Shown here one piece after another: positions 1-9,043 of a stretch of 64,000 bases of DNA. The translations under genes and the position numbers were made by a program. The stretch spans positions 28,246 to 92,245 of IMG/VR virus record IMGVR_UViG_3300002220_000740; one strand, written 5' to 3'. Origin of the DNA: a virus. Its lineage: Duplodnaviria; Caudoviricetes. Below the pieces are notes generated by a model. It was given only the letters and a program-made list of their open reading frames with translations, was not told the DNA's origin and searched no databases. Each line of letters opens with the position of its first letter. Position 1 is the stretch's first letter.

Positions 1-1
1 A

Positions 2-172
2 CACTCACTCCGGCTGCACAAGAAGGTTATGGCAGCCCTGAAGTATGGCATAGAAGTGAGTGCCATCAACATGGGGATAGGAAAGTGGTTCGATAGCCAG
101 CAATGGACCGAACTCGAAAAAGAAATGAACACACGCGTAAGAATCGAACAGTATGGAGACAAGGAGTTTTGA
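2..172 (+). CDS. 3' end of a hypothetical protein upstream of DnaB (partial, runs off the window)
   Basis: Frame +2 is open from base 2: HSLRLHKKVMAALKYGIEVSAINMGIGKWFDSQQWTELEKEMNTRVRIEQYGDKEF, TGA at 170-172, overlapping the helicase start. Confidence 0.65.
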   Translation, partial: HSLRLHKKVMAALKYGIEVSAINMGIGKWFDSQQWTELEKEMNTRVRIEQYGDKEF

Positions 173-1124
173 AAATACTCTGCTCTGCCGCCATAGCCAC
201 ATGGCTATACAGGATGCAAAGAAAGAGATTGAAGATGGGATGAATGGCGAACAGCTTTACCTGTTCTGCCGTTACCCCAAGCTCAATAAGATGATGCTCG
301 GGGGATTCCGCCTGAACAATTTCGTCTTGTTTGCAGGAGAAAGCGGCAGTGGCAAGAGTATGTTTCTTAATATCCTTCATCGTGATTTTATGAACCTCAA
401 GCTTAACAGCGGTTTCAAGTACCCGTTTCGCATCCTGCATTTCAACTTTGAGATGTCGGCTGCAGACGAGATGCTGAGAGCCGTCTCCGGACTGACCGAG
501 ACAAGCTATGGGGACCTGCTGAGTTCCGAGAAGCCTCTGACAACAGAGCAGTACACCAACATCATTGAAAAGCTCGATACGCTTGAAAATGATATGCTGT
601 ACTATGTGGATCATTCGGGCAACCGGCAGGAGATACGGAACACCATATATAAATTTCATGCGATGTTCCCCGACGAGAAAATGGTAATCACACTTGACCA
701 TTCTCTCCTGACCAAATACCTGGACGAGAAAGACGAAGTGGAACTGATATCCGAGCTTGCCAAGATGTTTATCGAGGTACGCAAGGATCTTGGTGCACTG
801 ATCATCATGGTCGGTCAGCTCAATGATAAGATCGAAGATCCCCGCCGGCGTGAGCCGTCAATGCACTATCCGACAAAAACGGATATCCATGGATCAAAGC
901 AAGTCTATCACGCAGCTGATGTGGTCATGGTGCTTCATCGCCCGGAGCTACTCAACATCACAGCCTACGGACCGAAGATGTATGATACAAATGGGAAACT
1001 GTTCCTGCATTGTTTAAAGCAACGAAAGGGAGATGTAGGCATCATACGGTTCCAGGAAGACTTTGCCCGTGGAAATATCCACCAGGCACCGGATATAATG
1101 GAAGAAAACGTTTATGGACTTTAA
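153..1124 (+). CDS. dnaB: DnaB-like (SF4) replicative helicase, ATPase domain only
   Basis: Walker A GESGSGKS, FNFEM, ITLDH, GQLN, IHGSKQVYHAAD, KQRKG motifs. Confidence 0.92.
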   Translation: METRSFENTLLCRHSHMAIQDAKKEIEDGMNGEQLYLFCRYPKLNKMMLGGFRLNNFVLFAGESGSGKSMFLNILHRDFMNLKLNSGFKYPFRILHFNFEMSAADEMLRAVSGLTETSYGDLLSSEKPLTTEQYTNIIEKLDTLENDMLYYVDHSGNRQEIRNTIYKFHAMFPDEKMVITLDHSLLTKYLDEKDEVELISELAKMFIEVRKDLGALIIMVGQLNDKIEDPRRREPSMHYPTKTDIHGSKQVYHAADVVMVLHRPELLNITAYGPKMYDTNGKLFLHCLKQRKGDVGIIRFQEDFARGNIHQAPDIMEENVYGL

Positions 1125-1144
1125 CAACTAATAATAATGAAACG

Positions 1145-1888
1145 ATGAAGTTATCAACAATGCCATCAGGACCGTCAAGACGCGATCCAAAAATGCTGAT
1201 CGTGTTCGGTCAGACCAAGGTCGGGAAGACTACAATGATGTCCCGGCTTCCGCAGGGGAAGTATCTGGTCGTTGACCTGGAACAGGGATCAGATTTCCTG
1301 TCTGTCAACCGCGTACAGGCTAACAGCCTTGCCGAACTTGCCGCAGTTCTCGCTGAACTCAGAACCGGCAATTACCCATTTGAGTTCATTGTCCTGGATA
1401 CGGTCGACAAGATCGTAGACTGGTCAGAAGCATACGTGCTGGCGTCCAACAACGCAACGATGCTTAAGGACATTCCCTTTGGCGGGGGATATTCACTGGT
1501 CAGAGAGCAGGTCATGAACATTCTTAACGCCTTTAACAGCCTTGGAAAACGCCTGATTGTCGTAGGTCATCGCAAGAAGACAACGACCGACGGTGATGCC
1601 AAGGATGAGTTTTCAATCAGTACGCTGGACATTTCCGGCAAGCTGAAGAATTTCATCTGCGCTGATGCAGATGCAATTGGATACACCTACCGCGGGGAAG
1701 ATTCATCGCTGATGATCACCTTTAAGCCTTCGGACTTCATTGAAGCCGGAGCACGTCCGGAACACCTTCGTGGGATGACCATCCCGTTCGAGTGGGAAGG
1801 TATTTACATCGACTACTATGGAATTGCCAAACCGCCTATTAAAGAGGTGGTGACAGACCCCAGAGCAGTCAAGGCACAGGTTGTTTAA
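1145..1888 (+). CDS. AAA_24/Sak4-like P-loop ATPase (phage recombination protein)
   Basis: GQTKVGKTT Walker A, DLEQGS, IVLDTVD Walker B, ADADAIGY, EAGAR; ATG at 1145 after an AT-rich spacer preferred over the ORF-track start at 1010. Confidence 0.82.
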   Translation: MKLSTMPSGPSRRDPKMLIVFGQTKVGKTTMMSRLPQGKYLVVDLEQGSDFLSVNRVQANSLAELAAVLAELRTGNYPFEFIVLDTVDKIVDWSEAYVLASNNATMLKDIPFGGGYSLVREQVMNILNAFNSLGKRLIVVGHRKKTTTDGDAKDEFSISTLDISGKLKNFICADADAIGYTYRGEDSSLMITFKPSDFIEAGARPEHLRGMTIPFEWEGIYIDYYGIAKPPIKEVVTDPRAVKAQVV

Positions 1889-1951
1889 ACCAGGCTACGG
1901 AATTTTTTATAAAAAATAAGTTATTCAGTATAATATCCCGAATAAGTTCCG

Positions 1952-1958
1952 TATCTTG
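1952..1958 (+). promoter_or_regulatory. possible Bacteroidota sigma-A -7 element (TATCTTG)
   Basis: TAnnTTG variant in the AT-rich 1889-2020 intergenic region. Confidence 0.3.
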
Positions 1959-2020
1959 TAACTCCTTTCCCTTAAACAGAATTATCTATCGTTACTCATT
2001 TAAACTCAAATTTTATCAGT

Positions 2021-2668
2021 ATGTACAACATTGATTCAAAAACCGAAAGCACATTTGTACCCTTTACACCGGGTATCAACGAGAACTGCGAACTTACAGC
2101 AGTAAAGTATGAACCTGCAGACAAAGAAGGTCTGAAGGAAAAAGTGCTCCGTTTCGTATTCAAAGGTCCCAAGGGTGAACTTCACACCGAGACTATTTTC
2201 CCGATCAACAAGGAGAATACAATCCGTGCAGCTCAGAGCTGGAACCGCAAACCCGAAGAAGTGCTCAAGGAAGAGATTGAAGCACTCACCGGCAAGGTCA
2301 TGCACATCATGACAACCTACCTTCCCAAAGAGCAGACATTCATGACTGCCACCAGCTGGGAAGAGTTCTGCACCCAGGTAATCAGCAAACTCGGCAACGC
2401 GTTTGTAGGAGTACCGGTCAGGCTTAAGTTCGTACTCAATGCCAAGGAGTACCTGCAGCTGCCGAAGAAGGCAAAAGCACCGTTCATCCAGAAGATGAGC
2501 GAAGCAAGTAAACTCAGCATCAATCCCAAGTACGACAACGTAACGTACAAGGCGAAGGCTGACGTTCTTCCTGATCCGTTCGCAGTCATGTCAGCTCCCG
2601 TTGGAGCTCCTGCTGCTCAGGATCTCGGACCTGCTGGTCCCGGCACACCGAAGCCGTTCGTATTTTAA
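2021..2668 (+). CDS. putative single-stranded DNA-binding protein
   Basis: Lies between the Sak4-like ATPase and primase; beta-rich N-terminus; flexible Pro/Ala tail ending PFVF. Confidence 0.5.
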   Translation: MYNIDSKTESTFVPFTPGINENCELTAVKYEPADKEGLKEKVLRFVFKGPKGELHTETIFPINKENTIRAAQSWNRKPEEVLKEEIEALTGKVMHIMTTYLPKEQTFMTATSWEEFCTQVISKLGNAFVGVPVRLKFVLNAKEYLQLPKKAKAPFIQKMSEASKLSINPKYDNVTYKAKADVLPDPFAVMSAPVGAPAAQDLGPAGPGTPKPFVF

Positions 2669-2679
2669 AGGTTTTAATC

Positions 2680-2710
2680 GGGGAAGGGGGTAACTCCTTC
2701 CCCTTTTATT
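2680..2710 (+). terminator. Rho-independent terminator
   Basis: GGGGAAGGGG-GTAA-CTCCTTCCCC followed by TTTTATT. Confidence 0.85.
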
Positions 2711-2718
2711 CTTTGCTC

Positions 2719-3729
2719 ATGTATACTATCCAACCAAAAATCTCAAAAGATTCAATCTTCAAATCAATTCCACAGGAGCAAGTTTTTGAAAAGTACCTTA
2801 ATATCAGAGTCCAGCTTGATGGATTAATATGTTCTCCTCTGCGTAGGGATAAGCGCCCTACATGCGGCTTTAAGTATTCCCGTTCGGGAGTGCTGTACTT
2901 CCGTGATTTCGGCGGACACTTCTGGGGCAACTGCGTTGACCTGGTGATGCACCTATATAATGTGCAATACACCCGGGCACTGGAGATCATCGCCCATGAC
3001 TTCAGTCTTCGCCAGATAGAACTCGGTGAGCTTCCCGCGCTGGTCTCCAGGTTTACCCCTGAAGACATCAAGCACGAAAGAGCACGCTTTGAGATCAGCT
3101 GGCGCAAGTACGAACGCCTTGACATGCTATACTGGAACAAGTTTCATATCACCGAGCAGGATCTGTACGATCTTAAGGTAGCACCGGTAAAAGCATTATG
3201 GATTAACGGACATCTTAACTACGGTTACAACTCATATGACCCTGCTTACGCCATAGTTCTCGCACCAGGCGAATACAAGGTCTACTTCCCTTACAGCCAG
3301 CAGCGCAGGTTTCTCTGCAACACATCGCTGGTAATGGGGATGGAACAGCTTCCCGAAAGCGGACCGCTTGTAATCATAACCAAAAGTTTCAAAGATATTC
3401 TTGTACTGAGGAAATTCAACGTACCTGCCGTATCATGGCAGGGTGAGACTATTGTCCCCGACTGGGACAGTATCAAAGCACTGCGCGACAGGTTTGAGCG
3501 CGTGTACAGCCTGTATGATTTCGATCTGGCAGGCATACGCACCGCAAACAAAATGCGCAAGCGGTATGGCATTCACCCCCTGTTCTTTACAAACGGCAGG
3601 TTCGGATACCATGACTGCCAGGCAAAAGACGCCGCCGAGTACATCGAAAAACACGGCATTGAGGGTGGCAAACAGTTATACAACAACTTTTTTAAAGTAA
3701 TGATAGATGACCAAACAAGTCCTTTTTGA
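2719..3729 (+). CDS. DnaG-like primase (crAss-type)
   Basis: N-terminal CSPLRRDKRPTC...FRDFG Zn-finger-like region; TOPRIM-like ITKSFKD, YDFDLAG, KDAAE. Confidence 0.88.
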   Translation: MYTIQPKISKDSIFKSIPQEQVFEKYLNIRVQLDGLICSPLRRDKRPTCGFKYSRSGVLYFRDFGGHFWGNCVDLVMHLYNVQYTRALEIIAHDFSLRQIELGELPALVSRFTPEDIKHERARFEISWRKYERLDMLYWNKFHITEQDLYDLKVAPVKALWINGHLNYGYNSYDPAYAIVLAPGEYKVYFPYSQQRRFLCNTSLVMGMEQLPESGPLVIITKSFKDILVLRKFNVPAVSWQGETIVPDWDSIKALRDRFERVYSLYDFDLAGIRTANKMRKRYGIHPLFFTNGRFGYHDCQAKDAAEYIEKHGIEGGKQLYNNFFKVMIDDQTSPF

Positions 3730-4300
3730 GGTAAACATACCCGACTACATAACCCATGTGCAGCTCTCCGAGCACAGGCGAACTAAGTATTATGCATTAG
3801 GAGATAAGATCCCTGCCAAGTACCCCAATGGGACATTTGACAAGAAGGGACGGCTGGTAGATACCAACGGTATCCCGGTAGTGAAGAACCCCAGGGTAGC
3901 CGGAACACCTTCATGGAAGAAGATCAACGGACAGGAGTTCTACAAGGGAACGACCAACCCGATCATACGCTCCAAGGTAATCGGTGCGATGAAAGATTTC
4001 TTCCGTCCATACTTCAACGACATTCCGCCTATAGCAGCCAATCAGATGCCAATAACCGTGGAGCTTGAGCTTCATGACAATCCTGTTGATGAGTTCGACA
4101 TTGACAACCTGGCATGGGTTTACACCAAGGTCATCCTTGATGTGATGGCAGAAAAGAGAATCATCCCCGATGACAACGTGAACTACGTTGCCAAAAGCGG
4201 AGGATGCCAGTTCGTCCGCACCAAGCCCGGAGAGATGCGGCAGCTTACAGTGATCATAAGCAAGAATGTATACCAACCGGTATCATACCAAACAGTATAA
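3707..4300 (+). CDS. RusA-like Holliday junction resolvase
   Basis: DIDNLAWVYTKVILD...IIPDD matches the RusA DxDN..K...D...DD pattern. Confidence 0.8.
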   Translation: MTKQVLFEVNIPDYITHVQLSEHRRTKYYALGDKIPAKYPNGTFDKKGRLVDTNGIPVVKNPRVAGTPSWKKINGQEFYKGTTNPIIRSKVIGAMKDFFRPYFNDIPPIAANQMPITVELELHDNPVDEFDIDNLAWVYTKVILDVMAEKRIIPDDNVNYVAKSGGCQFVRTKPGEMRQLTVIISKNVYQPVSYQTV

Positions 4301-4312
4301 TCTACAAATAAC

Positions 4313-6553
4313 ATGGAATTAAAGAATTTCACTGACGTCGAAACCGACGTTACTGAGGTTGATGAATCTATTGACTTTTCTATTGACCAGGAGAGCCTGG
4401 GAGTGCTGTTCAAAGGATTTTCCGACGGGCTGTATTCCAACAAGATAGGCTCTATTGTCAGGGAGATAACATCAAACTGCTTCGATTCACACATCGAAGC
4501 CGGCATCACCCGACCGGTGTCAATCGAGATGCTTGCTCCGGATCCCTATACAGGAACCCCGGGGAACATCAGCTTCATAGATTTTGGGGTAGGACTCTCC
4601 CCCGACAGGATTAAGAACGTTTACTCAAAGTATTTTGCATCCACCAAGCGTGCAACCAATGCCCAGATAGGCGGGTTTGGCATAGGAGCAAAGAGTCCTC
4701 TTTCATATACCGACAGCTTCATGGCGATCACACGCTTTGAGGGAATTGAGTATGTGTACATTATTCACCGCGGGGTGAAGGTACCCCAGATAGAACTCAT
4801 AGAGAAGAACCCTACAGACAAACATAACGGAACAGAAGTTAAGATACCTATAAAGAACGTTAACGATTTCAATACCTTTAAAAAGGAGATTAAAACCCAG
4901 CTCACATTCTTTGATAACATCAACTTTATCAACTGTGGGATGGACAACAACTACAAGCTCTACCAGGGCAAGCATTTCATTGTGCGCTGGGACAAATCCT
5001 TCGACAAGAACTCCGAGCGGAATGAGCCAAGCATTTGCCTGGGCAAGGTGAAGTATCCCATCGACTGGAGTCAAATAGGCTTACAGCGTTACAACTACGA
5101 CTCGCCCATAGCATTGCGCTTTGATGTAGGAGATTTAACGGTCACCATGAACAGGGAGACCATTGAGTACACCCCTGCAGTCATTTCAAGGATCCAGTTA
5201 AAGTTCAGCGAGGCAGCTCTTGAACTCCAGATGCTGGCAGACAATTCCCGAGAAACCGTCTCAGATTTTGAAACATACATGGAACTGGTAAAGTCTACCA
5301 CTCCGATGATCAAGATTGATAAGGATGTGTTTGTGCCGGTTGAAGGATTTGCCCATGTGGAGCCTGTTAAGTTTGCAGGATTTGATGGTTTTCCCGCAAA
5401 GTTTAAATTTCCGTCATCAGACCCATTCTTCCAATTCGAAGTAACTGGCTTGATAGATGGTAATGGAACCCTGAGAGGATTACAAAGTAAGAGAAGGTAC
5501 GTTAAAGACAACCTGCAATCTCTTATTAAGGACAAAGCAACTATCTACCGGGTGAACGGATCGCTGGGCAAGCGCAAGAATCTGTATCTGCATTCTCAGT
5601 ATGGAGATTTCTATGTAATAAGAAAGAACCCTGATGAACCGTATGCTCCAAGGGTAATTGGTATTCACAATGAATCTGATCCAGACAAGTATGCAGAAAT
5701 TTACTCCCAGGTCATCCTGAAATATCTCCTGGAGCATACCAGCAGCTACGACCGTGCCGAAGTAGATGAAACATGGATGAAAACCTATATTGCTGATCTT
5801 AAAAGCGGCAATGTTATTCGGGACAAGAGTGAGCTTTATTACCGCGAACTCCGCATGAATGAATATACTTCTGATGCCGAGTTTAAAGCTGATAAAGAAC
5901 AGTTCTCAGACTTCGTGAAATCCCTCAAGCAAGGACAGATGATTGTCTATGGATTCATAGAAGATCATGAGAAGCTTGGTACCCTGGGATTTGTACTCAG
6001 TAATCTCAAGTCTATGTCATCCAGAAATGGCACAGAACTAAATTCCCATGCAGTAAGAATATTGAAAATAAGCCGTGAGAACGCCAAACTGGTCAGTCAG
6101 ATCCCGGGAGCCATTTATGTCAATGATGCTTTCTCGAAAATGCATAAACATCTTAGTGCCATTCATTTGAAAAATAAGTTCAACAACCTGATGGAGAACG
6201 GTAAAGCATTTACAGCCTACCACGAAGTGTTGAAACGGGCTTTTCCGAGAATATCCGCATTATATCTTGCCGTAGAGGAAGGTTGTACCAGTAATGTATA
6301 TGCTTCCAGTGCACATGGTGATAAATGCCGCAGTGCGGTAAAGCAATTCATCGAGACAGAGGGATATCATTACACGATGCAGCACGTTGCAGACAATCTG
6401 ACAAAGCTACAACAGTGGATGGACCGGATGTCTATCCTGCAGACTCTTGACTATAATGCCGTGCATAGCATGTCAAAAACCAAACAGATATTCCTGTTTG
6501 AGTCCCTCAAGAAACTTGCAAAATTAAATTCAAAATCCATTCTAAATTATTAA
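4313..6553 (+). CDS. rIIA: rIIA-like protein (GHKL ATPase N-terminus)
   Basis: LYSNKIGSIVREITSNCFDSH, DFGVGLS, STK...IGGFGIGAKSPLSY, NRETIEY; followed directly by rIIB. Confidence 0.9.
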   Translation: MELKNFTDVETDVTEVDESIDFSIDQESLGVLFKGFSDGLYSNKIGSIVREITSNCFDSHIEAGITRPVSIEMLAPDPYTGTPGNISFIDFGVGLSPDRIKNVYSKYFASTKRATNAQIGGFGIGAKSPLSYTDSFMAITRFEGIEYVYIIHRGVKVPQIELIEKNPTDKHNGTEVKIPIKNVNDFNTFKKEIKTQLTFFDNINFINCGMDNNYKLYQGKHFIVRWDKSFDKNSERNEPSICLGKVKYPIDWSQIGLQRYNYDSPIALRFDVGDLTVTMNRETIEYTPAVISRIQLKFSEAALELQMLADNSRETVSDFETYMELVKSTTPMIKIDKDVFVPVEGFAHVEPVKFAGFDGFPAKFKFPSSDPFFQFEVTGLIDGNGTLRGLQSKRRYVKDNLQSLIKDKATIYRVNGSLGKRKNLYLHSQYGDFYVIRKNPDEPYAPRVIGIHNESDPDKYAEIYSQVILKYLLEHTSSYDRAEVDETWMKTYIADLKSGNVIRDKSELYYRELRMNEYTSDAEFKADKEQFSDFVKSLKQGQMIVYGFIEDHEKLGTLGFVLSNLKSMSSRNGTELNSHAVRILKISRENAKLVSQIPGAIYVNDAFSKMHKHLSAIHLKNKFNNLMENGKAFTAYHEVLKRAFPRISALYLAVEEGCTSNVYASSAHGDKCRSAVKQFIETEGYHYTMQHVADNLTKLQQWMDRMSILQTLDYNAVHSMSKTKQIFLFESLKKLAKLNSKSILNY

Positions 6554-6555
6554 CA

Positions 6556-7965
6556 ATGAATAGAGTATTTGCACTTAGGAGCGGTAAAAGCGTCACGCTC
6601 AATGTAAACGGCGCTTATAACCAAATGGTACTGGATACCGAGGAAGAAGCCATCGAGATGTTCAAGAGGGCTCTGGAGGTCAAGAACGACCCCACCGACG
6701 AGAAGGTAGCCGAGTTTCTGAATTACACCAACCCATCATTCAGGGTTATGGAGAGTGGTATCCTGGAGAAAGACAGGATAGGCAACTTCTTCCTGAAGGG
6801 TTACAACATTCCCATGCCTGTTTCACTTGTGCAGCGGATACGGGAATACGCTAAAGAGGGGTATCCTCTTACAGCACTGGAGAATTTCTGGAAGCTGTGT
6901 ATGCTCAATCCCGACGATAGGGCACGCAACGACCTGTTCACCTTCGCCGATCAGTTCAGCTTCCCAATCACGGACAGCGGTTATTTCATCGCTTACAAGT
7001 CTGTAGCGGGCATCAATATGCAGCATAAGAGTTATGCTGTATTTGTTGCACAGCAGTACATCGAGATGAAGGCTGCCATGCATGAGAACCCGGCAGATTT
7101 CTCGGTCATCCGTACCGGCAGGGATCCTGAAGACTGGACGTTTGATGTGGTGAAAACCGCCGAGATCGACCAGTTTATAGCTGCCGGAGTTGAAGACATG
7201 GAGGATTCCGTATCAGACACTGCAGCTGAATGGATGTACGAGAACCACAAGATCGAATGGCTTCCGCTTATTGGTCATCTCAGCGCTGACGAGATTATCG
7301 CACTTGCAAAGTCAAAGGGCTTTGAAGAGCAACATCCCGAAGACGTATGGATGGAGATTAACTACTTCAACAACCTGGGAACCCTGACAGAGCTCTTTAA
7401 CCAGCTCAATGATCTGTTCGAGCAGGAGGAGCTTTCATTCACCGACTGGCATACCAAGAAGATGAGCATCAAGCTCGGTCAAGTAGTCAGGATGGAACGA
7501 AAAGAGTGTGACACCGATCCTCACCAGACCTGTTCTTATGGTCTGCATGTAGGTGCACCGGCGTATGTCACTGATTTCAACAGGCGCGATGACCAGTTTG
7601 TCATTGCCGTTTTGGTCAACCCGGCTCATGTCATTGCAGTTCCCGTGGATCATTCATTCCAGAAGATGCGTGTATGCGAGTACTACCCGTACGCCATATG
7701 CGAGGTCACTGACAGTGGATATCTCAAGGAGCTTGAGACGCCATATTTCGAAGCCAACTATTGTGGCTACGAGAAAGAGCAGCTCGAAGCACAGTTGCGC
7801 GAGACGCAGAGGGTGCTGAACGAGAGCCTGGATCTCTCTCCTGAAGAGCAGGAAAGACTTCAAGAAGAAACTCAGCTGATTGTGAACAGGCTGTTCCTCA
7901 TTGGCGATGCAGCAATTGCACCCGTCGTTGAGACCAAGCCGCTTGCAGAAGGCGAGACATTCTAA
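6556..7965 (+). CDS. rIIB: rIIB-like protein
   Basis: PITDSGYFIAYKSV, CDTDPHQTCSYGLHVG, VNPAHVIAVPVD, KMRVCEY. Confidence 0.88.
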   Translation: MNRVFALRSGKSVTLNVNGAYNQMVLDTEEEAIEMFKRALEVKNDPTDEKVAEFLNYTNPSFRVMESGILEKDRIGNFFLKGYNIPMPVSLVQRIREYAKEGYPLTALENFWKLCMLNPDDRARNDLFTFADQFSFPITDSGYFIAYKSVAGINMQHKSYAVFVAQQYIEMKAAMHENPADFSVIRTGRDPEDWTFDVVKTAEIDQFIAAGVEDMEDSVSDTAAEWMYENHKIEWLPLIGHLSADEIIALAKSKGFEEQHPEDVWMEINYFNNLGTLTELFNQLNDLFEQEELSFTDWHTKKMSIKLGQVVRMERKECDTDPHQTCSYGLHVGAPAYVTDFNRRDDQFVIAVLVNPAHVIAVPVDHSFQKMRVCEYYPYAICEVTDSGYLKELETPYFEANYCGYEKEQLEAQLRETQRVLNESLDLSPEEQERLQEETQLIVNRLFLIGDAAIAPVVETKPLAEGETF

Positions 7966-7973
7966 TTTATAAT

Positions 7974-8006
7974 GGGAGAGGGGACGACCCTCTCCCTTAT
8001 ATTTTA
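7974..8006 (+). terminator. Rho-independent terminator
   Basis: GGGAGAGGG-loop-CCCTCTCCC then TTATATTTT, just after the rIIB stop. Confidence 0.75.
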
Positions 8007-8009
8007 CCT

Positions 8010-8354
8010 ATGAAAGTAGAAGTAAGCCAGGGACGGCTTGCGATGCTTGATGCATCCATCAACAAGATGCTGATGACCCCGTCCAGAGAGATGATCGCCC
8101 TTAAAGGGTATGGCATGATACAACAGAAAGTAAGAGTAGGGTGGTTCAAGCGCCGGACAGTAACAAAGACCTATATCACCGGGGTAACCATCATTGGTTA
8201 CAACAGAGATGGAAGGTTCATGGGTGTTTTAACAAAATCATCCTGCCGCAAATACCTGACATACGTCAACCTGTACCAGCTTAGAGGAAACTGGATTGAT
8301 CTCACTGAAGAATTAAGAGCATTTGGATTTAAACTTGAACACATTGAATCATGA
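8010..8354 (+). CDS. hypothetical protein
   Basis: 114-aa ORF with ATGA overlap into the dNMP kinase gene. Confidence 0.7.
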   Translation: MKVEVSQGRLAMLDASINKMLMTPSREMIALKGYGMIQQKVRVGWFKRRTVTKTYITGVTIIGYNRDGRFMGVLTKSSCRKYLTYVNLYQLRGNWIDLTEELRAFGFKLEHIES

Positions 8355-9043
8355 TAATAGGAATAAGCGGACACGCCAGAAGCGGTAAGGATACCGTGGG
8401 CACAATGATTGCCACTGCGGCAGTCCATGACGACACTTACCCCAAGTTCGAGCACAAGAAGTTTGCCGGCTATGTCAAGCAGGTAGCTTCATTGTTAACA
8501 GGCATTCCACTGCATTACTTCGAAGTAGACCATATCAAACGGTCTTACCTTCCCAAGGAGTGGAACGACCAGAACCTTATCAGGCTGGTAGGAGATGTGG
8601 ACGATGCGCGGATGACCATACGGGAAATGCTTCAGAAGATCGGTACAGACTGTATCCGGGAGAACCTTCACCCCAATGCGTGGGTGAATGCCCTGATGAA
8701 GGATTATAAGAAGCCAGCGACCGAAGCTATTGAAAAAACTGGAGGATACACCAATCATCCTCACCCAATGAATTTCCCCAACTGGATCATCACCGATGTC
8801 AGATTCCCTAACGAGTTTGATGCTATAAAAGAACGTGGTGGTATACTCATTCGTGTCAACCGGGACAACCTGGCTGAAGACGTACACATCTCTGAAGTTG
8901 CGCTGGATAAAGAGAAGCGGTGGGACTATGTCATTGATAACAATGGCACATTGGAACAACTAAGCACAAAAGTAGGAGAAATATGGAAAGATATAAGGAA
9001 CGTCCAGACGGAGTTGAGCGTTGGCTCACCCCTGGCGAGTTAA
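8351..9043 (+). CDS. deoxynucleoside monophosphate kinase
   Basis: IIGISGHARSGKDT, FAGYVK, REMLQKIGT, IITDVRFPNE, HISE, IDNNGT. Confidence 0.92.
   Translation: MIIGISGHARSGKDTVGTMIATAAVHDDTYPKFEHKKFAGYVKQVASLLTGIPLHYFEVDHIKRSYLPKEWNDQNLIRLVGDVDDARMTIREMLQKIGTDCIRENLHPNAWVNALMKDYKKPATEAIEKTGGYTNHPHPMNFPNWIITDVRFPNEFDAIKERGGILIRVNRDNLAEDVHISEVALDKEKRWDYVIDNNGTLEQLSTKVGEIWKDIRNVQTELSVGSPLAS

Noticed and set aside
1010-1144. ORF-track N-terminal extension of the AAA ATPase
   Set aside because: It overlaps the end of dnaB; the ATG at 1145 follows a typical AT-rich initiation region
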